Assembly: GCA_963804165.1 (NCBI GenBank)
Contig: CAWDPO010000015.1
Location: 64,001-128,000 of the forward strand
Length of the DNA: 64,000 nucleotides
Direction of reading: 5' to 3'
Origin: an uncultured delta proteobacterium
GTDB lineage: Bacteria; Desulfobacterota; Binatia; UBA9968
Under the pieces are notes generated by a model. The model did no database searches and had not been told where the DNA came from. It saw only the letters and a program-made list of their open reading frames with translations. The translations under genes and the position numbers were made by a program. Within the stretch, counting starts at the first letter, position 1. Each line of letters begins with the position of its first letter. Positions 41,999 through 51,558 of the stretch are shown in pieces.

Positions 41999-42563
41999 TG
42001 AAATAAAATCCGTCCTGGAGAGTCTTCTGTTTGTCGCGGACGGGCCGCAGTCAATTCAGCGTCTCGCCGAGGTGCTCGATCAAGTCGACCGAGAAACCAT
42101 TGAGATACTGCTTAGGGAATTACAGAATGACTCCAAAGCGCAGAACCGCGGGATTCGTTTGGTGGAGGTCGCCGGTGGATATCAGTTGCGTACGCCGAAA
42201 TCGAATTCGGAGGCGGTCAAAAAATTTCTCGGCGGGCGGCCCGCCCGGATGGGTAAAGCGACGCTCGAAACCCTGGCGATCATCGCCTATCGCCAGCCGA
42301 TCACTAAGGCCGAAATCGAAGCCATCCGCGGCGTTGACGTCGACGGCGTGATCACTACCTTATTGGAACGTAATTTGATCCGCGCGGTGGCGCGTAAAGA
42401 TGTTCCGGGCCGGCCTTTTCTCTACGGCACGACGCCCGAGTTCCTACAGCTTTTTAATATGAAGGATCTCTCTCAATTGCCCACCCTCAAAGAGATGGAT
42501 GAAATCTCGCTGCCAGAAATTCCCGGCGACACGATTGCCATCGACCAGCTCGAAGAAAGCTGA
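41988..42563 (+). CDS. scpB: SMC-Scp complex subunit ScpB
   Basis: LETLAIIAYRQPITKAEIE.IRGV, GRP.LYGTT..FL. Confidence 0.95.
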   Translation: MERDEIKSVLESLLFVADGPQSIQRLAEVLDQVDRETIEILLRELQNDSKAQNRGIRLVEVAGGYQLRTPKSNSEAVKKFLGGRPARMGKATLETLAIIAYRQPITKAEIEAIRGVDVDGVITTLLERNLIRAVARKDVPGRPFLYGTTPEFLQLFNMKDLSQLPTLKEMDEISLPEIPGDTIAIDQLEES

Positions 42564-42575
42564 TGGCGCTGAGCT

Positions 42576-43310
42576 ATGGAACGGCTACAGAAGATTCTCG
42601 CCCGGGCGGGCTTGGCGTCCCGGCGCGAGGCAGAACGTTGGATTGTCGAAGGGCGCATCACGGTCAATGGCAGCGTTGTCCGCAAACTGGGCTCCCAGGC
42701 AGATCCGGCGAAAGACAGCATTAAAGTCGATGGCAAACGCATCAGACCGGCAGCGTCGCCGCTCTACTATGCGTTGCACAAACCGCCCGGCGTTATCACC
42801 ACGCTGAACGATCCCGAACACCGTCCCGATCTCACTCCATACCTGGCGCGCCTCGGCGAAAAAAAGCGGGTTTTTCCCGTCGGCCGCCTCGATTACAACA
42901 CGACCGGACTCTTGCTCCTAACCAACGACGGAGACTTGGCGCTACGGCTTGCCCATCCGCGCTATGGCGTCAAGAAACTTTATCGCGCAAAGTTAAGCGC
43001 CTGTCCAAGCGAAGATGATCTTGCCCGATTGCGCAAAGGGATTCGCCTGGAGGACGGTATGAGCGCACCAGCGCGAGCGCGAATCGTCGATAAGCTCAAA
43101 AAAAACGCTTGGGTAGAGATCGAAGTTCAAGAAGGACGCAAGCGCGAAGTGCGCCGCATGTTCGAGGCGTTGGGATTCTTTGTCGAGAAACTGATACGCA
43201 TTCGGATCGGTTCGGTTTCGCTCGGTCCCTTGCCACAAGGAGAACTGCGGCCGCTAAGCCAGATTGAAGTCAAATCGCTCAAGCGGGACGTCGGCCTCCA
43301 GCGCTCTTGA
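42576..43310 (+). CDS. rluB: rRNA pseudouridine synthase (RluB/RsuA family)
   Basis: ERLQK.LA.AG.ASRR S4 domain, PVGRLD catalytic motif, EGR.REVRRM. Confidence 0.85.
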   Translation: MERLQKILARAGLASRREAERWIVEGRITVNGSVVRKLGSQADPAKDSIKVDGKRIRPAASPLYYALHKPPGVITTLNDPEHRPDLTPYLARLGEKKRVFPVGRLDYNTTGLLLLTNDGDLALRLAHPRYGVKKLYRAKLSACPSEDDLARLRKGIRLEDGMSAPARARIVDKLKKNAWVEIEVQEGRKREVRRMFEALGFFVEKLIRIRIGSVSLGPLPQGELRPLSQIEVKSLKRDVGLQRS

Positions 43311-43343
43311 GTTCGATTGTCACCTGGTTGTTCACTAAAAACG

Positions 43344-43373
43344 AAAAGGGCGGTTTTTTGAACCGCCCTTTTT
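43344..43373. terminator. Bidirectional rho-independent terminator
   Basis: AAAAGGGCGGTT-ttttg-AACCGCCCTTTTT between convergent genes. Confidence 0.85.
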
Positions 43374-43398
43374 ATTCTTCGAAAAAACATTTCTCGGC

Positions 43399-44570
43399 TT
43401 AATGCCGCAAGCTGCAGAACTCTTCGTAATCGATTAGCTCCTTGATCGTCGGGTGATCGCCGCACATCGGGCAATTGGGATCGCGGCGCAGATTAAGAGT
43501 GTTGATCTCCATCGTCAGCGTGTTGAAGCAGAGCAAGCGGCCGATGAGATGATCGCCTTTACCCAGGATCAGCTTGATTGCTTCCAATGCTTCGATGACA
43601 CCGATCAGCCCCGGCAGGACGCCCAAGCACGCCCGCTTCGGCGCAGCTCGGCGCTAGCTCCGCCGGCGGCGGTTCCGGATAAAGACAACGATAGCAAGGA
43701 CCTTTTCCCGGGTAGAAAACCGACGCCTGGCCTTCAAACTGAAAGATGCTGCCGTGCACATTGGGCTTCCCTGTGAGCACGCAAGCGTCGTTCACTAGAT
43801 AACGCGTCGGGAAGTTGTCGCAGCCGTCGACCACAAAGTCGTAGTCTTTGATGATCTCCATGATGTTTTCTGACGTCAGCTTGGCTTGATAGGGGATCAC
43901 TCTAACGTCTGGATTCAACGCCTCGAGGGTTTTCTTGGCCGACTCGACCTTGGGCATGCCCACACGATCGTTGGCGTGCAGAATTTGCCTCTGTAAGTTG
44001 GAAACATCGACCACGTCATTGTCGATGATTCCTATCGTGCCTACTCCGGCGGCAGCCAAATAATAAGCCGACGGCGAACCGAGACCACCCGCGCCCACCA
44101 TAAGGACTTTCGCTTGCAGCAGTTTGGCCTGGCCCTCTTCGCCGACTTCAGGCAAGGAGAAAATGGCGGCTGTATCGGATCAATTGGTCCGGCGTGTATT
44201 GAAAATCCTGAACCCACTTGAAGCCGCCGTTCTTCCAGGCCGCATAGCCGCCGGCCATCGATGAAACGTTCTGGTAACCCATTTCCTTCATGACCTTGGC
44301 TGCGAGTAGCGAGCGCACGCCACCGGCGCAGTATGCAATGATCGGGGAATTTTTGTCGGGAACGGTGCTTTCTACTTTGATTTCAAGAAAACCTCGAGGC
44401 AGCGGCAGGGCTCCTTCCAGATGCCCCTGCCGCCATTCATCGCTTTCTCTAACATCAAGTAAGACAGGTGATTTCCCGTTATTTTTAAGTAACTCGTTTA
44501 CTTGTTGGGCGCTGACTTCCGGCACTTCCTTGCGTGCCTCGGCCATTATTTCTTGAAAGTTTTTGGCCAT
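43399..44570 (-). CDS. moeB: Rhodanese-MoeB fusion (molybdopterin-synthase adenylyltransferase; two indels)
   Basis: N-terminal rhodanese (DVRE..EW..GH, YCAGGVRS), RYSRH, GAGGLG, SNLQRQ, PCYRC, CAEAGVLG, C-terminal CPMC. Confidence 0.9.
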
Positions 44571-44871
44571 AGTTCCTCCGAGATGGACCTTATGAGTCCA
44601 AGTTATGCACCGGCCCGATGAATGTCAAGACGAGTGCCCGATATCCGTGAATGAGCGATGTCCAGCGGCGATGCGCAGCGCGGCAACCGTACGCCCATCT
44701 GGAGCCCCTGGTATGTTTGTAAACAACGTGATCAATTTACCGTCGCATCCCGGATTTCACAGGTGATCTCGCCGTCTTTTGTCTCTGAGTGAGATCCGAA
44801 TTCAAGGGCTGATTGTCTTGAGATTAGCTGGAAACTTTTGTCCACGTCAAGCTACCGTCGACAGTCCACCC

Positions 44872-45177
44872 TTATTTCTGCCGGACGAAGCCGCGCGATT
44901 CCAACTGCCTTGCGCAACCTTCGACCGCACCGGCAAGCACCGAAGGGTCGCTCCGCGCCAGCTGATCGCTCGCATTGCAAGCGAGTGTCTGGTTGGTTTC
45001 CGGATTGTACATTTTAATCGACAGCGGCCCTGTCGCTGAACTACAGCCGTGCAGAAATATTTCGATCGCTGCAGATAAACAGAAGAATAAGGCGGCTTGG
45101 CACGAGCCTCTGCGCGGGTGCGGCCGGCGGTCCGAGCTCATCGTTCTTGAAGGCAATTGCCGAGATAAATAAATCAT
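44872..45177 (-). CDS. Putative small lipoprotein (start uncertain)
   Basis: Hydrophobic stretch with LHGC lipobox, then M.NP.T.Q...C...C..QLE..GF. Confidence 0.5.
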   Translation of the reverse strand: MIYLSRQLPSRTMSSDRRPHPRRGSCQAALFFCLSAAIEIFLHGCSSATGPLSIKMYNPETNQTLACNASDQLARSDPSVLAGAVEGCARQLESRGFVRQK

Positions 45178-45258
45178 CGTTGATTGACCCCACTTTGTGA
45201 TTGATGGTAACAAATAGTGGAGTCTTCGACAAAGCAAATCGCATTGGACTGGCGTTGT

Positions 45259-45299
45259 GCGCCCCCGTAGCTCAGGTGGATAGAGCGCAGGATTCCTAA
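45259..45299 (+). repeat. att site: 41-bp direct repeat, 5' half of tRNA-Arg
   Basis: GCGCCCCCGTAGCTCAGGTGGATAGAGCGCAGGATTCCTAA identical to 50015-50055; ends at the anticodon loop. Confidence 0.92.
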
Positions 45300-46330
45300 A
45301 AGTGCTCACCCGTTCAACTGAGTTCCTTTCCGTTCATATCAGCTAGAAAAATCAAGGTTTAAGTGAGTGCTGATTCAAGTCAGTTGACTTGTCTCAGGCA
45401 CAGCCTTGGCACAACTCACGGTGATTTTTCATGGCTGCTTTTCCAACACTCCAACAGACCGAATCGAGATGGCGCATAAAGAGGTTCGTAGAGAGAAGCC
45501 AGCGACCGGCATACTCGGCGCTCAGCGGCAAATCTTTTTCGAAGGCGAGGCTGAGTATCAAGAGCATTTGCGTTTCGGGCGCTGGCCGCGGACCGCGCCG
45601 AACTGGACGAAGTGACGCGGCGCGCCTTTCGTGAAGGTATGGCGGTAATCAAGAAAATCGATTTACCCGGAACCCGTATATCCGTGCCGAATAAAAGTTT
45701 GCCTTAGCTAGAAAAGCCAAGGCGCCCAGAGGCAAAGACCCCGGAGCGCCTTTGATCTTGTGCAACCGCGCCGACCAGAGCGCGATCAATGGAAAGGAGC
45801 AGGACGAATGCAACATCAACCGAAACCCCGTCCCACGTCAACAATCGCGAAATCTGCGGCCATCACCGAGCAGCTTCAATCGAGGCTTCTTGGTAATGGC
45901 CGTTTTTTTTGCGGCCATTCGCTCATGGAAAGAGCCCCCGGAGGATACCCGACTGATGGGACTGCGACGCGGAGCACCGCGCAGTGTTCGTGGAGTCGAT
46001 GCGAACCAGAACCCGTGAGTGTGATTGTGAATTGGCTGATGCGAAGCGTTTTGATGGCTGAATTTTTTAATTCCCGTGGTGTCTCGGCGTAAGCCGGGGT
46101 CACCGTCCAAAGGGCGCCGGTCGAAACGAGATTCCGGCTGCTAACTTTCCAAGTTTTCCACCCATAGGAAACCTCTGGAGGGAACGAAACAAGGACGGTG
46201 GTTGGGGCCGGTGGGTGAGGTGGAGCCAGCCAGGAGCGAGCGCGGGGGGGTGGGGCAGAGGGTACCCGTTTATCCAGAATTCAGAAAATGGGGGACTTCT
46301 CCAGTGGAAAAAAAAGTTGAAGCCGAGATC

Positions 46331-46522
46331 ATGTCGAAGCAAACCCTGCGCGGTGGGTGGACTCGTGGGCAGTTGGCCGAATGGGGAATTTGCTGGCCGC
46401 CACCGTCGCGATGGAAGGAATTGATGATCAAACACAACACGCTCGATTACGTGGAAGCGATGCATCGAGAACTCGATGCGGAATGCGACAACGCCAGGGA
46501 CAACGACCGATGGCAAAAATAG
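46331..46522 (+). CDS. Small phage-type hypothetical protein
   Basis: T.RGGWTR.QLA.WG..WPPP..W motif; inside the element, overlaps next ORF start. Confidence 0.5.
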   Translation: MSKQTLRGGWTRGQLAEWGICWPPPSRWKELMIKHNTLDYVEAMHRELDAECDNARDNDRWQK

Positions 46523-46833
46523 TGATCAATAAAGTCCAAGAAGTTTTTGGCGGTGGCAGGGTCTGCGTCGAGGACAAGCCGTTATTTTGCCCGCACTGCG
46601 ATAGAGATCTGTTGAAGGAATATCGTCGCCTATACGACACAGCACCGGTAAGCGAACTGATCGCGCTCATAAAAAAACGCACGACAAGAATCGTAGAGCG
46701 GAAATGGCCGGATGGCCGGCGCGAGTGGCAATGTCACGGCTGCGGGCGATTAAGACAAATCTTGATACGGTATCAAAGGAAGGGAAGCGAAAATGAAAAA
46801 CGAGCCGATAGAGAAGTTGAAGTCATGGCGTGA
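46510..46833 (+). CDS. Putative zinc-binding hypothetical protein
   Basis: CPHC...CHGC pairs. Confidence 0.45.
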   Translation: MAKIVINKVQEVFGGGRVCVEDKPLFCPHCDRDLLKEYRRLYDTAPVSELIALIKKRTTRIVERKWPDGRREWQCHGCGRLRQILIRYQRKGSENEKRADREVEVMA

Positions 46834-47147
46834 CGTTTACAAAGTCCACCCAGCGGCGAGAACGGCAAGCCCGCTGCACTGGATCGGATTGAAGATGCTT
46901 TTGTTGTTTAACGCGGCGTAGCGGTAATGGCCGTTTAGTTGGCCGCCGAAATGATCCAAAGCAGCATAAGAATGCCAAATCCAGCTATTAGCAACAGGGA
47001 AATATCGAAATTATCTTTCATAAAATATCCCTCTGAGCCTGTGAAAACGCAACGTTTATGCCAGAAGACTTTCGGTGACAAATGAAGATAACCTGCGCTA
47101 CCGCGGGTAAACTTCGGGAAAGAAACTTGTTGAGTGAACCGGCAAAA

Positions 47148-47417
47148 ATGAGCGATCCGGCAAAAAACCCGTTTGATTTACTGCTCGATCAAATCCGCAA
47201 AGTGGTGCGTGAGGAGCTCGCGGCGGGAAACGGAAACGGTCATGGAAAACTGCTTACGGCGGAAGAGCTCGCGAAAGCTCTACAGGTTAATAAAGCGACT
47301 ATTTACGAATGGGTGAAGGCGGGAACGATTCCTTACTATCAATCGGGACGTTTCATTCGATTCAATTTGCATGAGGTATTGGAGAGCCAAAGAAACAAAC
47401 CGGAGAATCCCTCTTGA
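47148..47417 (+). CDS. Excisionase-like helix-turn-helix protein
   Basis: LLTAEELA..LQV.KATIYEWV..G.IP....GR.IRF. Confidence 0.85.
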   Translation: MSDPAKNPFDLLLDQIRKVVREELAAGNGNGHGKLLTAEELAKALQVNKATIYEWVKAGTIPYYQSGRFIRFNLHEVLESQRNKPENPS

Positions 47418-47443
47418 CGTGCTATAGACATTTTGCATATAGT
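47414..47443 (+). promoter_or_regulatory. Putative sigma70 promoter with embedded palindrome, upstream of XRE-integrase
   Basis: TTGACG-N18-TATAGT; CTATA...TATAG inverted arms overlap spacer and -10. Confidence 0.5.
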
Positions 47444-47451
47444 CGGTTTGC

Positions 47452-47637
47452 ATGTCAGCACGTGACTTTAAGAAGATGCGCTTAGCAAAAGGTTACAGCC
47501 AATCGCAGTTGGCCCGCGAGCTCGACGTGGCGGTTATGACCGTCTCTCGTTGGGAGCGTGGAGCAGTGCCAATCCCGCGCATGGCCGAGCTTGCGCTATC
47601 CGCATTGAAGCGAAAACCGAAAGGGAAGGGGGATTAA
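47452..47637 (+). CDS. XRE-family HTH regulator
   Basis: R...GYSQSQLARELDV...TVSRWERG. Confidence 0.8.
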   Translation: MSARDFKKMRLAKGYSQSQLARELDVAVMTVSRWERGAVPIPRMAELALSALKRKPKGKGD

Positions 47638-48440
47638 ATCATGGCGGCTGTTTACAGGGTGGGTAAGAAGTGGCGGGCGGATTGGATCGATAATGAGGGC
47701 GTTAGGCATCGCCAACGATTCGAGACTAAAGGAGCGGCCGACGAACATCTTGATAGCATCAAGGCGAAGCTTCGGAACGGCACCTATGTTGCGCCGCAAA
47801 AGGTCTGGCTCTTTGGCGCCTTGGCCGATTCGTGGATAGCCAACCGGATTGAGCAGTCACGCACACCCGGCGCCGGCTATCGTCCCTCGAGCCTCGCACA
47901 GTGGCAAAGCCACGTCGCTCACATGAAGGTTTGCTTTGAGAACGAAAGGTAAACGCGCTCGATGCTAAGGCAATCGAACGAGCTATTGCAGTGTTTCAGT
48001 TGCCAAAAGAGCAGGGCGGCCGCGGACTGTCGCCGCGAACCGTCGCCAAAGTGCTCACCACCATGAGCCGGGTTTTTAGGTTCGGGATACGTAACCGTTG
48101 CGGCATTGAAGCGGATCCGACAAAACTAATCGAGCGGGTCAAGGAAAGTTCGGGCGAGCAGAACGAAACCGGCGAGGCTCTTTACAGCGGACTTCATGAA
48201 GTCACGGAAAAAGAGGTTTTGACTCCGCAGGAAACGAAGCAGGTTGTACTTGCAGCGAAGCCCGGGCTTTACCGGACTATCATTCAGACGGCAATCTATA
48301 CCGGCGCTAGAATCAGCGAACTACTTGCCCTCAGGTGGGCGGACGTGGATCTTGACCGCGGAATGGTCGCAATCCGGCGCACAGTGTCGACGGCGCGGGT
48401 AAAAGGGGAGACGGCAGGGGAGAGGCACCGCTGGTTTAAT

Positions 48441-48958
48441 CGCTGCGGGTTAATTCCCCGCAGCTTGCTGCGATATAGTGGCTCGTATGAGCCGATATAT
48501 CCATAAGAGTCATAATGTTTCAGTACTGCTGTATCACATTGTTTGTCCGGCTAAGTACCGCAGAGTGGTTTTTACACCACCGGTGGACCAAAAGGTCAAA
48601 GAGACCTGTCTGGAGATCAGCAAACGGTACGAGATGGCGTTTATTGAGATAGGGACAGACGAAGACCACGTGCACTTTTTGGTGCAGTCGGTGCCAGTGT
48701 ACAGTCCGAAGAAGATCGTGCAGATCATCAAGAGCATCACCGCCCGAGAAATCTTTAGGCTGTGCCCGGAAGTGAAGAAGAAGCTGTGGGGAGGAGAGTT
48801 TTGGAGTGACGGGTATTTCATGAGCACGGTAGGGCAGCATGGCAATGAACAGAGCATTAAAAAGTACATTGAGGGTCAAGGTTCACAGTACACGCAGCTG
48901 CACCGCCAACAACTCAGTCTTTTCTGATACCCCGCAGCTTGCTGCGGGGTAGTTCATT
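48441..48958 (+). mobile_element. IS200/IS605-family element, tnpA only (ends +/-1 nt)
   Basis: CCCCGCAGCTTGCTGCG hairpins at both ends; removal rejoins integrase as HRWFN|PKTKKG; no target duplication. Confidence 0.88.
48487..48927 (+). CDS. tnpA: IS200 Y1 HUH transposase
   Basis: YHIV.PAKYRR, DHVH (HUH), KS.TAR, LWGGEFW..GYF, IKKYI..Q. Confidence 0.95.
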   Translation: MSRYIHKSHNVSVLLYHIVCPAKYRRVVFTPPVDQKVKETCLEISKRYEMAFIEIGTDEDHVHFLVQSVPVYSPKKIVQIIKSITAREIFRLCPEVKKKLWGGEFWSDGYFMSTVGQHGNEQSIKKYIEGQGSQYTQLHRQQLSLF

Positions 48959-49349
48959 CCCAAGACAAAGAAGGGGACCAGGGAAATTCCGGTCGCGGGT
49001 GAACCGATAACCGCACTCCGGCGTGGAAAGAGAAATGCCCAAAGAGCCGGCTGGATCTAGTGTTCTGCAACGAATTCGGCGAACCGTGCGACCGGACCGG
49101 AATCGGGCGTTACGGCTTGGCGCCGGCGCTCGAACAAGCAAATATCGAAAAGGCAGTCACCATGCATGGACTCAGGCATAGCTACGCGAGTATGTTGATT
49201 CTGCTCAAGCGGCCCATCACGGAGATTTCGGAATACTTGGGCCATGCGGATGTTTCAATCACGATGAGAGTCTACGCGCACTTCCTGAAGCAGAAGAAAC
49301 AGGATGCGATGAGCGATTTGGAAAGGTTGATTCAGAACGGTTAGATTAA

Positions 49350-49874
49350 ATGCCACAGCCGCTGATGGTGGGAAACCGTGTCGGGACCGGTCCAAATATT
49401 CTGTTGAAGCGAGCCGAGCTTGCGGCAGAAATCGGAAATATATGCGTAAACTGGAACCTGATCGAGAATACATTGATGCACCTGTATGCTCTAGTAATGG
49501 GAGATTACCAGCCTAAGTTGTCGGCGGACGTTATAGCGCAACTCGAACGCGAGGCCGGGACAAAATTGTATTTTCTCCCGTCGACGCACCCGGTAGGTCT
49601 CCAGATCTTTGAGGCATTAAATGCGTTTAATCCGAGACTTCAGTTTTTGGAAAAACTGCTCGTCTGGAGGGTTTCAAAGGAAAGGGTCAAATATTTCAGG
49701 GAAACCATCATGCCGCGTCTAAGAAAGCGCTTCGCCGAGAGGAGTCTCATAGCTCACGGACGCTGGGGTATCTGCGACAAGTACCCAGACGAGCTTATAC
49801 TCATGGCTACCTTTGGGACAAGCATGAGATATAAGAAGCGTGATCCAAGATGTGTCGAAACGGATCGTAGCTGA
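49350..49874 (+). CDS. Hypothetical cargo protein of the element (3' end may be frameshifted)
   Basis: 174-aa ORF; IG.I...W..IE and R..IAHG.W (HEPN-like R-x4-H) patterns. Confidence 0.55.
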   Translation: MPQPLMVGNRVGTGPNILLKRAELAAEIGNICVNWNLIENTLMHLYALVMGDYQPKLSADVIAQLEREAGTKLYFLPSTHPVGLQIFEALNAFNPRLQFLEKLLVWRVSKERVKYFRETIMPRLRKRFAERSLIAHGRWGICDKYPDELILMATFGTSMRYKKRDPRCVETDRS

Positions 49875-50016
49875 TTATCAAATTCTTACTAAGTATAGCC
49901 AGGAACTTTATCAAAGCCGCATGCCCGCCCAGTCCGACGAAAAGTGTTAGGCACGCTAAGGCACAGTTTGACACGGGAGGAAAAAAATAGTTTGGTAACT
50001 AGCTGATATTACGCGC

Positions 50017-50090
50017 GCCCCCGTAGCTCAGGTGGATAGAGCGCAGGATTCCTAATCCTGAGGCCACGCGTTCGAATCGCGTCGGGGGCA
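50017..50090 (+). tRNA. tRNA-Arg (anticodon CCT)
   Basis: Acceptor GCCCCCG/CGGGGGC, D arm GCTC/GAGC, anticodon stem CAGGA/TCCTG with loop TTCCTAA, T loop TTCGAAT; CCA not encoded. Confidence 0.95.
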
Positions 50091-50141
50091 TTTTTCGGTC
50101 AACATGGCGTAGCGAAGAGTATTACGCAGGGAGTAGGCGAG

Positions 50142-50882
50142 ATGGCACTGTCGAGCAAAGATTTCGTTTTCGAGATACAGCGCATGGTGCGCGCTAAACA
50201 CTCCAAGGATCACCCCATTATTGGCATGATCGAAGAGGGCAAGCTCGACCGCGCGCAGCTCAAGGGCTTCGTCGGCCAATTCTATCTGTTTTTCCCCAAG
50301 CCGTTTCCGAAGCCAATCGCGGCGATGTTGAGCCGCTGCCCGGACGATCCGGAGATGGAAAAAATGTGGATCGAGAACGTCGTCGAAGAAGGGACGGGCG
50401 AGATCACGGGAACGGATAGCCACAAGGGACTGTTTATTCGGTTTGCCAAAGGCTGCGGATACAGCAAGGAAGAACTGGATCGCGTCGAACCGCTGCCGGA
50501 GACGGAGGCATTTCTCGACTGGCGCGAGCTATTGATGTATCAGCGAAGCTGGTTGGAGCTTTACGCCTGCCAAGGGTTTTGTCTCGAAGGCACCGCCGGC
50601 GAGCGCATGACGCGCATCGTCAACGGTCTAACGAAACATTACGGATTTGACCGGGAGTCGGACGATATTCGTTACTGGACGCTGCACATGGGGGTCGACG
50701 AAGAGCATATGAAGGTCGGTCCCTTCGCGGTGGAACGTTACGCCGTGAGCGAGCCCCAACAAGCGACGGTGCGCGCTTCGGTACAAAAAACCCTCGACCA
50801 GTTTTGGCTTGCTTTTGACGGCATCAAACGCGCCTTTGTCGACAAGGATCCAGTTTATGCCCGCTGGCGCAACGGCAAGTAA
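50142..50882 (+). CDS. Heme-oxygenase-like diiron enzyme (TenA/PqqC/CADD-like)
   Basis: ENVVEE..H, CLEG, YWTLH..VDEEH ligand pattern. Confidence 0.82.
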   Translation: MALSSKDFVFEIQRMVRAKHSKDHPIIGMIEEGKLDRAQLKGFVGQFYLFFPKPFPKPIAAMLSRCPDDPEMEKMWIENVVEEGTGEITGTDSHKGLFIRFAKGCGYSKEELDRVEPLPETEAFLDWRELLMYQRSWLELYACQGFCLEGTAGERMTRIVNGLTKHYGFDRESDDIRYWTLHMGVDEEHMKVGPFAVERYAVSEPQQATVRASVQKTLDQFWLAFDGIKRAFVDKDPVYARWRNGK

Positions 50883-50897
50883 CCAAGGAGTCAAAGT

Positions 50898-51554
50898 ATG
50901 GAAATGGTCGATCTATCGCGGCTGATTTACGACGGCATGCCGAAAATTCCCATCTTGCCGGAAGTTCACGTACAAAAGTTTTTGAGTCTGGAAAAAGGCC
51001 ATCCATTAAACGTCACCGAATTGTCGCTGCCGTGTCACGCCGGCACTCACGTCGACGCGCCCATTCACATCGTGCCCAATGGAAAGTCCATCGAACAGCT
51101 GCCGCTCGATGCGTTCGTGGGGCCGGGCGCGGTGATCGGCGTTAAAAAAAACGGCGGTGAAGAAGTGACGGCAAAAGATCTTGAAACGTCCGGCGTGCCG
51201 GTAAACCGCGGTGATATTCTGATGCTCTACACCGGCTGGGACGAGAAATTCGACGGCCCGGAGTACAATCTACATCCATATTTATCCGTCGATGCCGCCG
51301 AATGGATGGTGCGAAAGGGCATCAAGTTGTTCGGCATCGACTGCATCACGGTGGATTTGCCGACACCGCTTCGACCGAAAGGATTCGATTTTCCAGTGCA
51401 CAAAACGTTGCTCGGCAATGAAGTCTTGATCGCCGAGAACGTCGCCAATCTTGGCAGCATCGTCGGCAAGCGCACGCGCATCATGGCGTTGCCGTTGCGC
51501 GTGAAGGGCAGCGATGCCGGCCACGCGCGCATCATTGCGGAGATCTTGAACTGA
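50898..51554 (+). CDS. Cyclase family metallohydrolase (kynurenine formamidase-like)
   Basis: HAGTHVDAP.H, GID..T.D, H..LL...V.I.EN. Confidence 0.9.
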   Translation: MEMVDLSRLIYDGMPKIPILPEVHVQKFLSLEKGHPLNVTELSLPCHAGTHVDAPIHIVPNGKSIEQLPLDAFVGPGAVIGVKKNGGEEVTAKDLETSGVPVNRGDILMLYTGWDEKFDGPEYNLHPYLSVDAAEWMVRKGIKLFGIDCITVDLPTPLRPKGFDFPVHKTLLGNEVLIAENVANLGSIVGKRTRIMALPLRVKGSDAGHARIIAEILN

Positions 51555-51558
51555 TCCC

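Larger units (their letters stand above)
47641..49344 (+). pseudogene. Tyrosine integrase interrupted by IS200-type element (plus indels ~47950 and ~49020)
   Basis: N-terminal arm-binding region, TGARISELLALRW.D, PKT, HGLRHSYAS, LGHAD..IT..VYAH. Confidence 0.9.
45259..50055 (+). mobile_element. ~4.8-kb integrative element / prophage remnant at tRNA-Arg(CCT)
   Basis: Flanking 41-bp direct repeats, tyrosine integrase, excisionase-like HTH, XRE HTH, short phage-like ORFs. Confidence 0.88.

Noticed and set aside
45261-45299. Second tRNA gene
   Set aside because: Only the 5' half is present; no T arm or 3' acceptor strand
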